Assembly: GCA_016866995.1 (NCBI GenBank) | Contig: VGKQ01000001.1 | Location: 16,194-80,193, forward strand | Direction: 5' to 3' | Source: Candidatus Pacearchaeota archaeon | Lineage (GTDB): Archaea > Nanobdellota > Nanobdellia > Pacearchaeales > GW2011-AR1 | DNA: 64,000 nucleotides | Shown: positions 1 to 9,195 of the stretch, one piece after another | Layout of the letters: every line of letters starts with the position of its first letter | Numbering within the stretch: the stretch's first letter is position 1 | The notes under the pieces: generated by a model | Databases searched by the model: none | What the model was told of the DNA's origin: nothing | Seen by the model: the letters and a program-made list of their open reading frames with translations, nothing else | Program-made: the position numbers and the translations under genes

Positions 1-194
1 CAGGAAAGAGAATAGTTGAGTTAAAGCAGGAAATTCTTGAGAAGCTAAATGGAAAAATTCAGGGCACAGAAGTTGCTCTTAGCATTGCAAGCGGAGAAGG
101 CAAGGAGCATATGGCTTTAATCTCTGCATTATTAAGCTTGCCTGTTGGTGTAAGATTTACTGCTCTGACTCAGGAAGGAATTATCTACTTGTAA
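1..194 (+). CDS. Partial (3' end) conserved hypothetical protein, possibly CARF/Rossmann-like
   Basis: Open frame from nt 3 to TAA 192-194: GKRIVELKQEILEKLNGKIQGTEVALSIASGEGKEHMALISALLSLPVGVRFTALTQEGIIYL. Confidence 0.7.
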   Translation, partial: GKRIVELKQEILEKLNGKIQGTEVALSIASGEGKEHMALISALLSLPVGVRFTALTQEGIIYL

Positions 195-215
195 ATAAAT
201 AGGAGAAAAAACAAA

Positions 216-362
216 ATGACAGAATGTACTGACGGAGAATTTAATTCTGGAGAACCACAAAGATACACTACTTATTGTGTGATAAAAAATGGCAAGAGAG
301 AGTTAATAGAATTGGATACAGAATCAGGAATAGAAACAAAAATTAGTGTGCCTTTGGTATAA
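216..362 (+). CDS. Small hypothetical protein (48 aa)
   Basis: Hand-translated MTECTDGEFNSGEPQRYTTYCVIKNGKRELIELDTESGIETKISVPLV; AGGAG at 201-205. Confidence 0.5.
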   Translation: MTECTDGEFNSGEPQRYTTYCVIKNGKRELIELDTESGIETKISVPLV

Positions 363-392
363 TTTTATATATTTCTTAATCTTAACAAAAAC

Positions 393-1082
393 ATGAAAGC
401 ATTTATTATAAATGGCTCAGGAACTTTAATAGATTCAAGTTTATCTGGATTTGCCATGCTGGCAGATTCAATAGGAAAGAAGCAGGAAATGTTAGAACAC
501 CAAGCTCATTATTTTAAAGTCAGGCAGAAACACCCATGGGGCTCAGAAGAATTTGCAAAAATGTTTAAGGGAGCAAGCCAGGAATTATTAATGAAAAATG
601 CCCGCGAGATTGTAAGGAAAAATCTAAGAAACGGCTCAAGAGAATTAATAAATGAATTAAAAAATAAAAATTATCTGATTGCTTTTTATTCCACAGATCC
701 TTTGGAAATAGCTATTGCTATTCAGGAAGAACTTAATTTAGATAATGCATTTGGAACAGAATTTGAATATAAAAATGGAATTTGTACAGGAAATTTAAAA
801 ACAAAATTTGACAGATTTGACAGGGCAATAAAAATTAAAAAATTTATAGAAGAAAATAAGTTAAGGAAAGAGGATGTTTTTATTATTGGAGATTCCATTA
901 CAGTAGTTCCGTCAGCAGAACTTGGCAGAATTATAGCATTTAATCCAAAAAATCCAGAGCTTGAAAAAGTGGCAAAATTTAAAGTGAATAACCTCTCAGA
1001 AATTTTTAAAATTTTAGAGATAATGCTTATTTCAAATATCTTTTTTTTGTATCTTCATCTCCTTCCTGTCTTTCCCAAGTAA
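393..1082 (+). CDS. HAD-superfamily SerB/phosphoserine-phosphatase-like protein with degenerate motif I
   Basis: NGSGTLIDS in place of DxDGTL; IIGDSIT motif IV; K motif III; SerB-like layout. Confidence 0.7.
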   Translation: MKAFIINGSGTLIDSSLSGFAMLADSIGKKQEMLEHQAHYFKVRQKHPWGSEEFAKMFKGASQELLMKNAREIVRKNLRNGSRELINELKNKNYLIAFYSTDPLEIAIAIQEELNLDNAFGTEFEYKNGICTGNLKTKFDRFDRAIKIKKFIEENKLRKEDVFIIGDSITVVPSAELGRIIAFNPKNPELEKVAKFKVNNLSEIFKILEIMLISNIFFLYLHLLPVFPK

Positions 1083-1982
1083 AACAACTCTTGATTCAAT
1101 TTTCTCGTCGAGAAAATTGTATTTTGGCAGAAATTTCAGCAGCTCAGATGCAAAATTTTTTATTTCTTCATGAGTTGGCATTCTGTCATATCCTAATCTC
1201 TTTCTTGCAAATCCAACAGAAACAAAACCTTTCATCTCCACGAATTGCGGAGAAGCTTTCTCAATCAACTTGGCATACTCTTCAATAAAATTATCAGACA
1301 TATTCAAATTTCTCACAAGATTAATTCTTATCACAGTTCTTGTTTTCAAATTTTTCATCAAGTTTAAAGTTTTCATCAGCTTTTTCCACGAGTTTTTTTC
1401 TTTATTTCTTGTAAATTCTCTAAATAATTTTTCTTGAGAGTAATTCAATGAAACATAAAGCTGAGTAGGCAAAGCATTTTTTTTCGCAAGTTCTTTAATT
1501 TTCTCAGGCAGCAGCCCATTAGTCACAAGAAAACTTGTAATTTTTCTTTTTCTCAATTCGAGAATTAATTCAGCAAGTTTTGGATAAATTGTAGGCTCTC
1601 CTGACAAAGAGATAGCAAACTGGCTCGGATTCTGAGCTTCTTTCCACTTTTTCAGATTTGTTTTTCTGCTTCCCTTGAAACCAGAAAGCATTTTTCTCTG
1701 CTGAAAAATGCTTTCATCAACTATTTTTTCTGGCTCATCAAATTTTTTTATCTTTCCATAATTCAATTCAATAGCTCTCCAGCAATGTACGCATTTGTTC
1801 TGGCACAAAAAACATAGAGACATCTGGCAGCATTTATGTGATTTTATTCCATAAAATTTTTCTTTGTAACAGCATCCTTCATCTCTCAATGATTTTTTTG
1901 TCCACCTGCATATCTGAATTCCAGAATGTCCAAATAAAGCATAATGCTGTTTCTTTAATATATTTTTGACTTTGGTATTCAT
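1032..1982 (-). CDS. taw1: 4-demethylwyosine synthase Tyw1/Taw1 (radical SAM)
   Basis: ICRWTKKSL, CYKEKFYGIKSHKC, CQNKCVHCWR (CxxxCxxC), AISLSGEPT, FLVTNG. Confidence 0.93.
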   Translation of the reverse strand: MNTKVKNILKKQHYALFGHSGIQICRWTKKSLRDEGCCYKEKFYGIKSHKCCQMSLCFLCQNKCVHCWRAIELNYGKIKKFDEPEKIVDESIFQQRKMLSGFKGSRKTNLKKWKEAQNPSQFAISLSGEPTIYPKLAELILELRKRKITSFLVTNGLLPEKIKELAKKNALPTQLYVSLNYSQEKLFREFTRNKEKNSWKKLMKTLNLMKNLKTRTVIRINLVRNLNMSDNFIEEYAKLIEKASPQFVEMKGFVSVGFARKRLGYDRMPTHEEIKNFASELLKFLPKYNFLDEKIESRVVLLGKDRKEMKIQKKDI

Positions 1983-2020
1983 CTTAAATTTTTTGTTTGT
2001 TTAGTTTAAAATTTAATGAG

Positions 2021-2043
2021 CCTGAAAATCTCTGATTTTCAGG
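2021..2043. repeat. Perfect 10-bp inverted repeat (hairpin)
   Basis: CCTGAAAATC-TCT-GATTTTCAGG upstream of taw1. Confidence 0.7.
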
Positions 2044-2327
2044 ATAAAAAAATTAGAAAAAGTTAAAATTTAAAACTATCGAATTTAAAAATAAAAAATT
2101 AATAAGAACTATCTTCTTTTTTTCTTTTTCTTTTTTGCCATTTTCCCCTCTTTTTATTGTTAATTTTGTTGCTAATTTAAATATTTTTTTATTTAAATAT
2201 CTTTCTATAATTTCAAGAAAAATTTTAATGCGAAGTTTTTTATCTGTATTTATACAGACATATTTTGGTTCTTTTCTAACTTTCTTTTTATTCTTTGGTC
2301 TTCTGCTTCTCTTCGAAAGAGAAGAAA

Positions 2328-2398
2328 TGGACCTGCTGAGAATTGAACTCAGGTTTATTCGTTGCGAACGAATTATTCTGCCGTTGAATTACAGGCCC
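2328..2398 (-). tRNA. tRNA-Ala(CGC)
   Basis: Reverse complement GGGCCTGTAATTCAACGGCAGAATAATTCGTTCGCAACGAATAAACCTGAGTTCAATTCTCAGCAGGTCCA; acceptor stem with G3:U70, anticodon arm ATTCG-TTCGCAA-CGAAT, T-loop TTCAATT, no encoded CCA. Confidence 0.93.
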
Positions 2399-2442
2399 TT
2401 TCTCTGAAAGCCATCAGCTTTTCTTGCAAGTTTTTATTTTAA

Positions 2443-4023
2443 TTAAAAAATTGTATACACAAGCCACAATAATGTTAGAGCGAGAAATATTCCCACAATT
2501 ATATAAGTTAAAATCTTGTAGATTTTCTTGGCAGTTTCTTCCCTTTTTACAAAAAATAAAGCAGTCAAATAAAAAACTCTCCCCCCGTCAAATATTCCCA
2601 AAGGAAGCATGTTAAATATTGCAACACTTATGTTTATTATCATTATCCACCAGATAAGATTATAAATAAAAATTACGAGCTCCTCATTCCATCTTGCCTG
2701 ATAATATGTTTGTGAATCCTGGAAAAAAGAAAGCGCATCTCTTATTTTTCCCATTATGCCGCTGCTTGATGATGCAGATGTTGCTATCCCAAGATATGCT
2801 GCAGAACTGTTATCTGGCCTTTTTCCAAGAATTACATTATGCTCTTTTATTGAATTATTAAATAATGTTTTAATTTCAACACTGTCGCCCGGCTTCATTT
2901 TTAGAATCTGGCTTCTTAACTCTGCATTATTTTTTATTTTTATTCCATTAAATTCAGTTATTACTCCTGATAATCCCGCCCGTAATGCAGGAGAGTCTTC
3001 AAAAACAGCAATTAATGATGAATTCTGGGCAAGCATTCCAGATGTTGCAAAATAAGTTTTGTTTTCTGCTTCAATTTCAGTCAAATTTAATCCGCCATTA
3101 AACTTAACAAAAAAACCATCTTGAACTATTGTTATGTCTGAGACATTTATAGCAGCCATTGTATATGAACCAAAAATAACTCCCGATGGAACAAATGCAA
3201 ATGAAAAGAAAATCCAGAAAATAAAAAAGAAAATTATTGCAATAATCAGGTTGGAAAAAGTTCCGGCTATTAAAAATGGAAGCTGCTTTCTTATCTTCAT
3301 TTTCTTCACTTGGTTTTCATCTGGCTCGACAAAAGCCCCTATAAAAGGTAAAGTGATAAGAACTAAAATAATTCCAATTTCTTTCATATACGGAACCCCT
3401 AATAGAGATAAATACCATAAACTTCCAGTTATAATCCCCCCAAGTATTATAATTATTATTACTGAAAGAATCACTGCATAAACTGGTTTAACCCTTTTTT
3501 TAAATTTATTATAAAAAAATAGAAAAATTCCTCCTAAACCCCATAGAAACGCAAATCCGGTTGTTTTTATTTTCACACCTTCTTTTTTTGCAAATATGCC
3601 ATGGGAGAATTCATGAATAATAGCAGTTATTGCAATGGCAACAATCCAGTACGTAAAATAAAAAGGAGGAAGCCATGTTGCATTAAATATCTGCGGAAGA
3701 TACGGAATAAGAGGAGCAATAGGAGGAATTTTAATCATTCTTACAAAATCAGGCAGCTTTATAAAAATATAAAGAAGCTGGATAAACATCCAAACCCCTA
3801 TAGCCATCATTAAATATCCTGCAATAATAACAACATAATCCATAAATCCAAGAAATTTGTTGTATTTTTTTCCGATATAATTTATTAATTTTATTCCTAC
3901 TTGTGTCCTATAAAGATACATCAACCCCTCTCTCTTCAAATTTTTTCTTCTCCTGTACAGAAATATAAAAACAATTAGAGAAAAAATTACAAGAAAGGTT
4001 AAATCATATATCACAAAGCTCAT
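2443..4023 (-). CDS. Site-2 protease (M50) intramembrane metalloprotease with PDZ domain
   Basis: HEFSH zinc motif, AGTFSN, NMLPLGIFDGG, PDZ-like SPALRAGL segment, multiple TM helices. Confidence 0.9.
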   Translation of the reverse strand: MSFVIYDLTFLVIFSLIVFIFLYRRRKNLKREGLMYLYRTQVGIKLINYIGKKYNKFLGFMDYVVIIAGYLMMAIGVWMFIQLLYIFIKLPDFVRMIKIPPIAPLIPYLPQIFNATWLPPFYFTYWIVAIAITAIIHEFSHGIFAKKEGVKIKTTGFAFLWGLGGIFLFFYNKFKKRVKPVYAVILSVIIIIILGGIITGSLWYLSLLGVPYMKEIGIILVLITLPFIGAFVEPDENQVKKMKIRKQLPFLIAGTFSNLIIAIIFFFIFWIFFSFAFVPSGVIFGSYTMAAINVSDITIVQDGFFVKFNGGLNLTEIEAENKTYFATSGMLAQNSSLIAVFEDSPALRAGLSGVITEFNGIKIKNNAELRSQILKMKPGDSVEIKTLFNNSIKEHNVILGKRPDNSSAAYLGIATSASSSSGIMGKIRDALSFFQDSQTYYQARWNEELVIFIYNLIWWIMIINISVAIFNMLPLGIFDGGRVFYLTALFFVKREETAKKIYKILTYIIVGIFLALTLLWLVYTIF

Positions 4024-4125
4024 TTTTTTCTCCTTATCTTATTTAGTTAAAATGATTTTTTAAAGCTATGTTTCAGTAACAAAAAACCAAAAAATATTTA
4101 ATTAGTTTAAAATCTATAATAAATA

Positions 4126-4392
4126 ATGAGCAATGATTATATTCTTCCAAACGGAAAAGGAACCCGCAGTTTCAGAAAATATGTTAATGCATGGAGGGCT
4201 AATGGTGCAAGATTAGCAGAACTTTTTGGAGGAGGGCATACTTCTGCTTTTGACCCAGGATATGCAATTGATATTTCAACAGGAGGCAGAATTGAAATAA
4301 CAAGAGAAATTGGCAATAAACTACTTGGTTTGCTTGATGAAATTGAGAAACTTAGGCGAGAAAACTCAAGATTAAAAAGAAGATTGAAATAA
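4126..4392 (+). CDS. Hypothetical protein (88 aa) with coiled-coil C-terminus
   Basis: ORF with TATA-like element upstream; no recognisable motif. Confidence 0.6.
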   Translation: MSNDYILPNGKGTRSFRKYVNAWRANGARLAELFGGGHTSAFDPGYAIDISTGGRIEITREIGNKLLGLLDEIEKLRRENSRLKRRLK

Positions 4393-4396
4393 TAAT

Positions 4397-4561
4397 TTAC
4401 TTCTTGCTAATCGGCCTGAATTTTTTCCCGCCGCACTTTCTGCATTTAGCAGTTCCTTCTGCTATCTTTCTTGCGTCTGCCCTCATCTTGCTTGAGCAGT
4501 TTTTGCATACAAAAACATTTTTATACAATCTTGCCATCGCCGCGGGAATTTTTGTTGCCAT
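4397..4561 (-). CDS. rpl40e: 50S ribosomal protein L40e
   Basis: Hand-translated MATKIPAAMARLYKNVFVCKNCSSKMRADARKIAEGTAKCRKCGGKKFRPISKK (two CxxC). Confidence 0.88.
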   Translation of the reverse strand: MATKIPAAMARLYKNVFVCKNCSSKMRADARKIAEGTAKCRKCGGKKFRPISKK

Positions 4562-4696
4562 CTTAAAAATTTTTAAGATTTTTTGTTATTTTAATTTTAT
4601 TATTTTTTAATTTTGTTAATTAGCTGTAACTTATTTTTTACTTGTTTTGATTATTAATTTTTTATCTTTACTGTTTTTTGATTAATCTTTTTATTT

Positions 4697-5095
4697 TCAC
4701 CCGGAAACTCTCTTCAAAACTTTTACACTATCAATTATCCAGTATTCAGCCCGCTTTCCTTCTTGAACTTGAGATTTTGCTTCCTCATCTATTGTTATAT
4801 CAAATGTTTCAAAGCTTTCAGAGTCCATTACGCTTGCCTTCTCTCCAGAAACAGACAAAATTTGGCATCTTTTTTTCTCGATTAACGGAACTTCAAATCT
4901 CTCTCCTCCAGGAACAGCCACAATTCTCTTTTTTCCGTCAAGAATTCCAATGCACTCTATTCTGCACTTGCTTGCTCCGTGCTTTCCTGTCTTGCTTATG
5001 TCATTGCTCCTTACAGTGCAAGGCGCCCCGTCTACAATAATAGTTGTGCCCTCTTTTGCATCATGAGCATTTATTAATTTGTATGACATAATCAT
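4697..5095 (-). CDS. eif5a: Translation factor aIF5A (eIF5A)
   Basis: Hypusination loop SKTGKHGASK. Confidence 0.95.
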   Translation of the reverse strand: MIMSYKLINAHDAKEGTTIIVDGAPCTVRSNDISKTGKHGASKCRIECIGILDGKKRIVAVPGGERFEVPLIEKKRCQILSVSGEKASVMDSESFETFDITIDEEAKSQVQEGKRAEYWIIDSVKVLKRVSG

Positions 5096-5216
5096 TAAAT
5101 CAAAATTGCCTTTATAAACCTTTTTTATTCTTTAATAATCCCATTAATAATATTTATTAATAATAATTGTTTTATATTTTAGAAGAGTTTTTAAACCATA
5201 TTTATCTCGCTAATTA

Positions 5217-5867
5217 ATGTTGCAAAAAAACGATTTTATTGAGCTGGAATTTACAGGCAAAGTAAAGAATGGCGAGATTTTTGACACAAACATAAAAGAA
5301 GAAGCAAAGAAAATTAATCTTGAAATTGATACAAGACCATTAATAATTTGCCTCGGACAAAACATGATTCTTCCTGCAATTGACGAGTTTCTAATTGGAA
5401 AAGAAGTAGGAAAATACACTCTTGAACTTGAGCCAGAAAAAGCATTCGGCTCAAGAAACAGGGAAATGATAAAGACAATGCCTCTTAAGATTTTTCTTGA
5501 AAAAGAAACCTATCCTCATCCCGGAATGGTATTCAATTTTGACAATATTATGGGGAGAATTTCAGCAGTTTCAGGAGGCAGAGTTATTGTAGATTTTAAT
5601 CATCCTCTTGCTAATAAAACAGTTGTCTACGAGTTGAATGTAAAAAGAAAATCTGAAGATAACAAGGAAAAAGTAGAATGCCTGCAAATTTTCTTCTTCA
5701 GAAGAAAATTTGATTTCGAGATTAAAGAAAACAAGCTGATAATAAAGGCAGAAGAAAAAATCAAGCCCTTATTTGAAATATTCAAATCCAAGTTCAAAGA
5801 AATTTTAAATTTAGAGCTTGAAGTTGAAATTCTGCCTGAGAAAGCTGAAGAAAATCCTGAAAAATAA
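5217..5867 (+). CDS. FKBP-type peptidyl-prolyl isomerase (SlyD-like, long archaeal form)
   Basis: GEIFDTN, PEKAFG, VDFNHPLA. Confidence 0.92.
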   Translation: MLQKNDFIELEFTGKVKNGEIFDTNIKEEAKKINLEIDTRPLIICLGQNMILPAIDEFLIGKEVGKYTLELEPEKAFGSRNREMIKTMPLKIFLEKETYPHPGMVFNFDNIMGRISAVSGGRVIVDFNHPLANKTVVYELNVKRKSEDNKEKVECLQIFFFRRKFDFEIKENKLIIKAEEKIKPLFEIFKSKFKEILNLELEVEILPEKAEENPEK

Positions 5868-5998
5868 CATATATACGTTTTTATATAAAAACTTAAAAAC
5901 CTTCATTCTTTTAGTAAAACCATAAAGAGCACGCTCTTTAGGGCCCCGAAAATCTTATGATTTTCGTGGGAAACAAAACTCGCCTATAAGGATGAAAC

Positions 5999-7087
5999 AT
6001 GGCTGACATAATAAAAGTGGGTGAAAAAAGCCAGGAAATTATTGAAATTGACAGGGAGCTGGAAGAATTCTTGAAGAAACAAACAGCAAAGATAAAAGTA
6101 GTTGGAATAGGCGGAGGCGGAGGAAACACTCTTTCTAGAATGAGAGAAGTTGGAATTAAAGGAGGAGAAATGATTGCATTAAATACAGATGCACAGGACT
6201 TGCTTTATACAAATGCTGACCAGAAAATTCTCATTGGAAGAGAGCTTGCGCAGGGATTAGGAGCAGGAAGCAACCCAAAAGTCGGAGAGGAAAGCGCGCG
6301 AGAGGCAGAACACGAGATAAAGCAAAAGCTTTCAGGAGCAGACATGATTTTTATAACATGTGGATTAGGCGGAGGCACAGGAACAGGAGCTGCCCCTATT
6401 GTCGCAGAAATTGGCAAGAAGCTTGGAGCATTAATTATTGGAGTTGTTACCCTGCCGTTTACAATCGAAGGAAAAAAGAGAATTGAAAATGCAATGTACG
6501 GCTTGGAAAGGCTTGAGAGCATTGTTGATACATTAATCGTAATTCCAAATGACAAGCTTCTTGAGCTTGCTCCCGAGTTGCCTTTGCATACAGCTTTCAA
6601 AATAGCAGATGAAATTCTTACAAACGCAGTCAAGGGAATTACAGAACTTGTAACAAAAGTTGGCTTGGTTAACAGAGATTTTGCAGATGTAAAAGCAATC
6701 ATGAAAGACGGCGGAGTCTCGTTAATAGGAATGGGCGAGTCTGATTCACAGCAGAGAGCAATAGAAGCAGTCGAGAAAGCACTTGAAAATCCTCTTCTTG
6801 ACGTTGATGTCAGCAATGCAACAGGCGCACTAGTTAATATTATAGGCGGCCCTGATTTAAGTCTAGATGAGTCAAGAGTAATAATTGATTATGTTGGCAA
6901 GAAACTGAATGAAGATGCAAAACTCATCTGGGGGGCGCAGATTTCAGAGGATATGGAAAAATCAATTAGAGTTATGCTTATTATCACAGGAGTTCAGTCA
7001 GGGCAGATTCTCGGGCACGAGCATACAACAGTTGAAAAAGCCAAGAAAGATATGTCAGATGAGCTTGGTATTGAGTTCTTAGATTAA
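5999..7087 (+). CDS. ftsZ: Cell division protein FtsZ
   Basis: VVGIGGGGGN, GLGGGTGTG tubulin signature, NRDFADV. Confidence 0.98.
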   Translation: MADIIKVGEKSQEIIEIDRELEEFLKKQTAKIKVVGIGGGGGNTLSRMREVGIKGGEMIALNTDAQDLLYTNADQKILIGRELAQGLGAGSNPKVGEESAREAEHEIKQKLSGADMIFITCGLGGGTGTGAAPIVAEIGKKLGALIIGVVTLPFTIEGKKRIENAMYGLERLESIVDTLIVIPNDKLLELAPELPLHTAFKIADEILTNAVKGITELVTKVGLVNRDFADVKAIMKDGGVSLIGMGESDSQQRAIEAVEKALENPLLDVDVSNATGALVNIIGGPDLSLDESRVIIDYVGKKLNEDAKLIWGAQISEDMEKSIRVMLIITGVQSGQILGHEHTTVEKAKKDMSDELGIEFLD

Positions 7088-7209
7088 TGCTAAATAAGAC
7101 ACAAATTAATTAAAGCAATAAATTTGCAAATTAATTCTATAATTAGAGCTGCTAATAAAAGATTTAATCAGATAAATAACTTTAAAAATAACATTTAATT
7201 TAGTATTTT

Positions 7210-7377
7210 ATGAAGGAAAAATTAAAATCATTTTTTGAAAAATGTGTGAGAGTCTGGCTCTTGCTGAGAAAACCAAGCATGACAGAATACAAGACAATCG
7301 CAAAAGTTTCAGCTGTCGGAATACTTATAATAGGCTTGATAGGATTTATAATTTCAGTAATTATACACTTATTCTAA
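7210..7377 (+). CDS. secE: Protein translocase subunit SecE (Sec61 gamma)
   Basis: Hand-translated MKEKLKSFFEKCVRVWLLLRKPSMTEYKTIAKVSAVGILIIGLIGFIISVIIHLF; conserved ftsZ-secE-spt5 order. Confidence 0.93.
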   Translation: MKEKLKSFFEKCVRVWLLLRKPSMTEYKTIAKVSAVGILIIGLIGFIISVIIHLF

Positions 7378-7645
7378 AAATTAATTATTATGTTTAGGTG
7401 TTCAAAATAGGACAATTAATTAAAACAATAAATTTTGGATTAATAAGCTAATAATAGAATAATTAAATCCAAAATCGACAGATTTATAAATGCCACATTT
7501 TAAATAATATAAACTTGTTCTTAAGAGATTAAGAGCTAGTGAGAACTTGCACGAGGCAAAATAAATAAGATAATAAAAAAATGAAATCAGCCATGAGCAG
7601 TAAATCAGCGGGAAAACTCGCCAAGAAAACCGGAGGTTGTCTGGC

Positions 7646-8146
7646 ATGATATTTGTAATAAAAGTAACAACAAACAAAGAAGATAAGGCAATGGATATGA
7701 TTATTGAGAAGATTGAGAAAAAAAATCTTCCTGTCCTAAGCATCTTCCGCCCGCATGGTTTGCGGGGATATATTTTTCTCGAAGCCAGTGAAAGAGATTT
7801 AGCAGAAGAAGCAGTATTTAATCTTCGATATATCAAAGGTATAATAGGAAAGACAATCGGCTACGAAGACGTGAAAAACATGCTCGAGCCAAGTGTTGCA
7901 GAAATGAAAATAGAGAAAAATGATATTGTGGAAATGATATCAGAGCCGTTCAAGAAAGAAAAAGCAAAAGTTATAAGAGTTGACAAGCAGAAGGGAGAGG
8001 CAGTAGTTACATTACTTGAGGCAGCAATCCCAATCCCAGTTACTGTAAAGCTTGATAATATAAAAGTTATAAGAAGAGAATCTGAAGAAGAAAAACAAGA
8101 GAAAGAGGAGGCAGAAGACACAGAGGAGGATTTCTTTAACCAATAA
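7646..8146 (+). CDS. spt5: Transcription elongation factor Spt5 (NusG)
   Basis: LRGYIFLEA NGN motif, KOW domain; ATG 7646 follows GGAGGT SD at 7632-7637. Confidence 0.95.
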   Translation: MIFVIKVTTNKEDKAMDMIIEKIEKKNLPVLSIFRPHGLRGYIFLEASERDLAEEAVFNLRYIKGIIGKTIGYEDVKNMLEPSVAEMKIEKNDIVEMISEPFKKEKAKVIRVDKQKGEAVVTLLEAAIPIPVTVKLDNIKVIRRESEEEKQEKEEAEDTEEDFFNQ

Positions 8147-8176
8147 ATTTAAATATTAAACTTCAAGGAAATTAAA

Positions 8177-8887
8177 ATGATAATAAAATTATTAATTGAT
8201 GGTGGAGACATGAAGCCGAATGCGGCAATAAGCCAGAAGCTCGGCCCTCTTGGAATCAATATTGGAAAAGTTATTTCTGATGTAAATAAAGCAACTTCTG
8301 GATTTAAAGGAATGAAAGTTCCTGTCGAGCTTGATGTTAATCCAAAGACAAAAAGTTTTTCTGTCTCTGTTTTTTCACCTCCCACTGCTGAATTATTAAA
8401 AAAAGAATTGGGAATAGAACTTGCTTCTGGAATGGCAAAAAAACTGAAAGTTGGAAATTTATCAATTGAGCAGATAATAAAAATTGCAAAAATCAAGCAG
8501 GAAAACATGACATCATCAAGTTTAAAGGCAGCAGTAAGAAGTGTTGTTGGAAGCTGTGTTTCTCTTGGAATATTAATTGAGAATAAGGAAGCAAAAGAAA
8601 TTGAAAAAGAAATTCTGCAAGGAGTTTATGATTCTGAAATCAATTCTGAAAAATCAGAGGCAAGCGAGGATAAAAAGAAAAATCTTTCCGAGTTCTTTTC
8701 AAAACTGAAATCAAAACAGGATGAAATGCTCAAGAAAGAGGAAGAGGCAAAGAAGGCAGAGGAAGAGGCAAAAGCCGCGAAAACAGCAGCTCCAGGAGCT
8801 CTGGCAGCTGCAGCACCAGCAGCAGGAGCCAAGCCAGACGCAGGAAAGCCAGCAGAAGCAAAGAAGGAAGAAGTCAAGAAAAAATAA
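8177..8887 (+). CDS. rpl11: 50S ribosomal protein L11 with long charged/Ala-rich C-terminal extension
   Basis: LGPLGINIG, GMKVPV, PPTAELLKKE, VGSCVSLG; follows spt5. Confidence 0.93.
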   Translation: MIIKLLIDGGDMKPNAAISQKLGPLGINIGKVISDVNKATSGFKGMKVPVELDVNPKTKSFSVSVFSPPTAELLKKELGIELASGMAKKLKVGNLSIEQIIKIAKIKQENMTSSSLKAAVRSVVGSCVSLGILIENKEAKEIEKEILQGVYDSEINSEKSEASEDKKKNLSEFFSKLKSKQDEMLKKEEEAKKAEEEAKAAKTAAPGALAAAAPAAGAKPDAGKPAEAKKEEVKKK

Positions 8888-9184
8888 TTATCTCATTTTT
8901 GGTAATTCTAAGAAGATTATTGGATATTCTATGTCTAAACTAGAAAAACATCCATAAGGCTTGAAACCTCCTTCTTTACCCTTTCCAAGCAAATAAGCAT
9001 CTGCTCCCTTAGGAGCAATCTCTATTATCTTTTGTTCAAGTTCTTGTTTATGTCTCTCATGCAATCCTTTCACATCATTTGCACTATCTGTCATTATCTC
9101 CTTTGCACTTACATTTGTTCTTGCTAATTCTCTTACTCCATCTATCATTGCTAATTGTTCTTCTGTTATTCTTACAAGTGTCAT
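8888..9184 (-). CDS. Hypothetical protein (98 aa)
   Basis: ORF with AGGAG upstream; co-oriented with 9196-9702. Confidence 0.6.
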   Translation of the reverse strand: MTLVRITEEQLAMIDGVRELARTNVSAKEIMTDSANDVKGLHERHKQELEQKIIEIAPKGADAYLLGKGKEGGFKPYGCFSSLDIEYPIIFLELPKMR

Positions 9185-9195
9185 TTTATTCTCTC

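Noticed and set aside
2135-2407. 90-aa plus-strand ORF
   Set aside because: Overlaps tRNA-Ala on the opposite strand; low-complexity Phe/Leu-rich shadow ORF
4404-4610. 68-aa plus-strand ORF
   Set aside because: Antisense to L40e
6205-6816. 203-aa minus-strand ORF and the many similar antisense ORFs in the track
   Set aside because: Shadow frames of well-supported genes such as ftsZ, PCNA, lysS and the S-layer
7581-7649. 22-aa uORF overlapping the spt5 start (ATGA)
   Set aside because: No motif or conservation evidence; spt5 has its own SD
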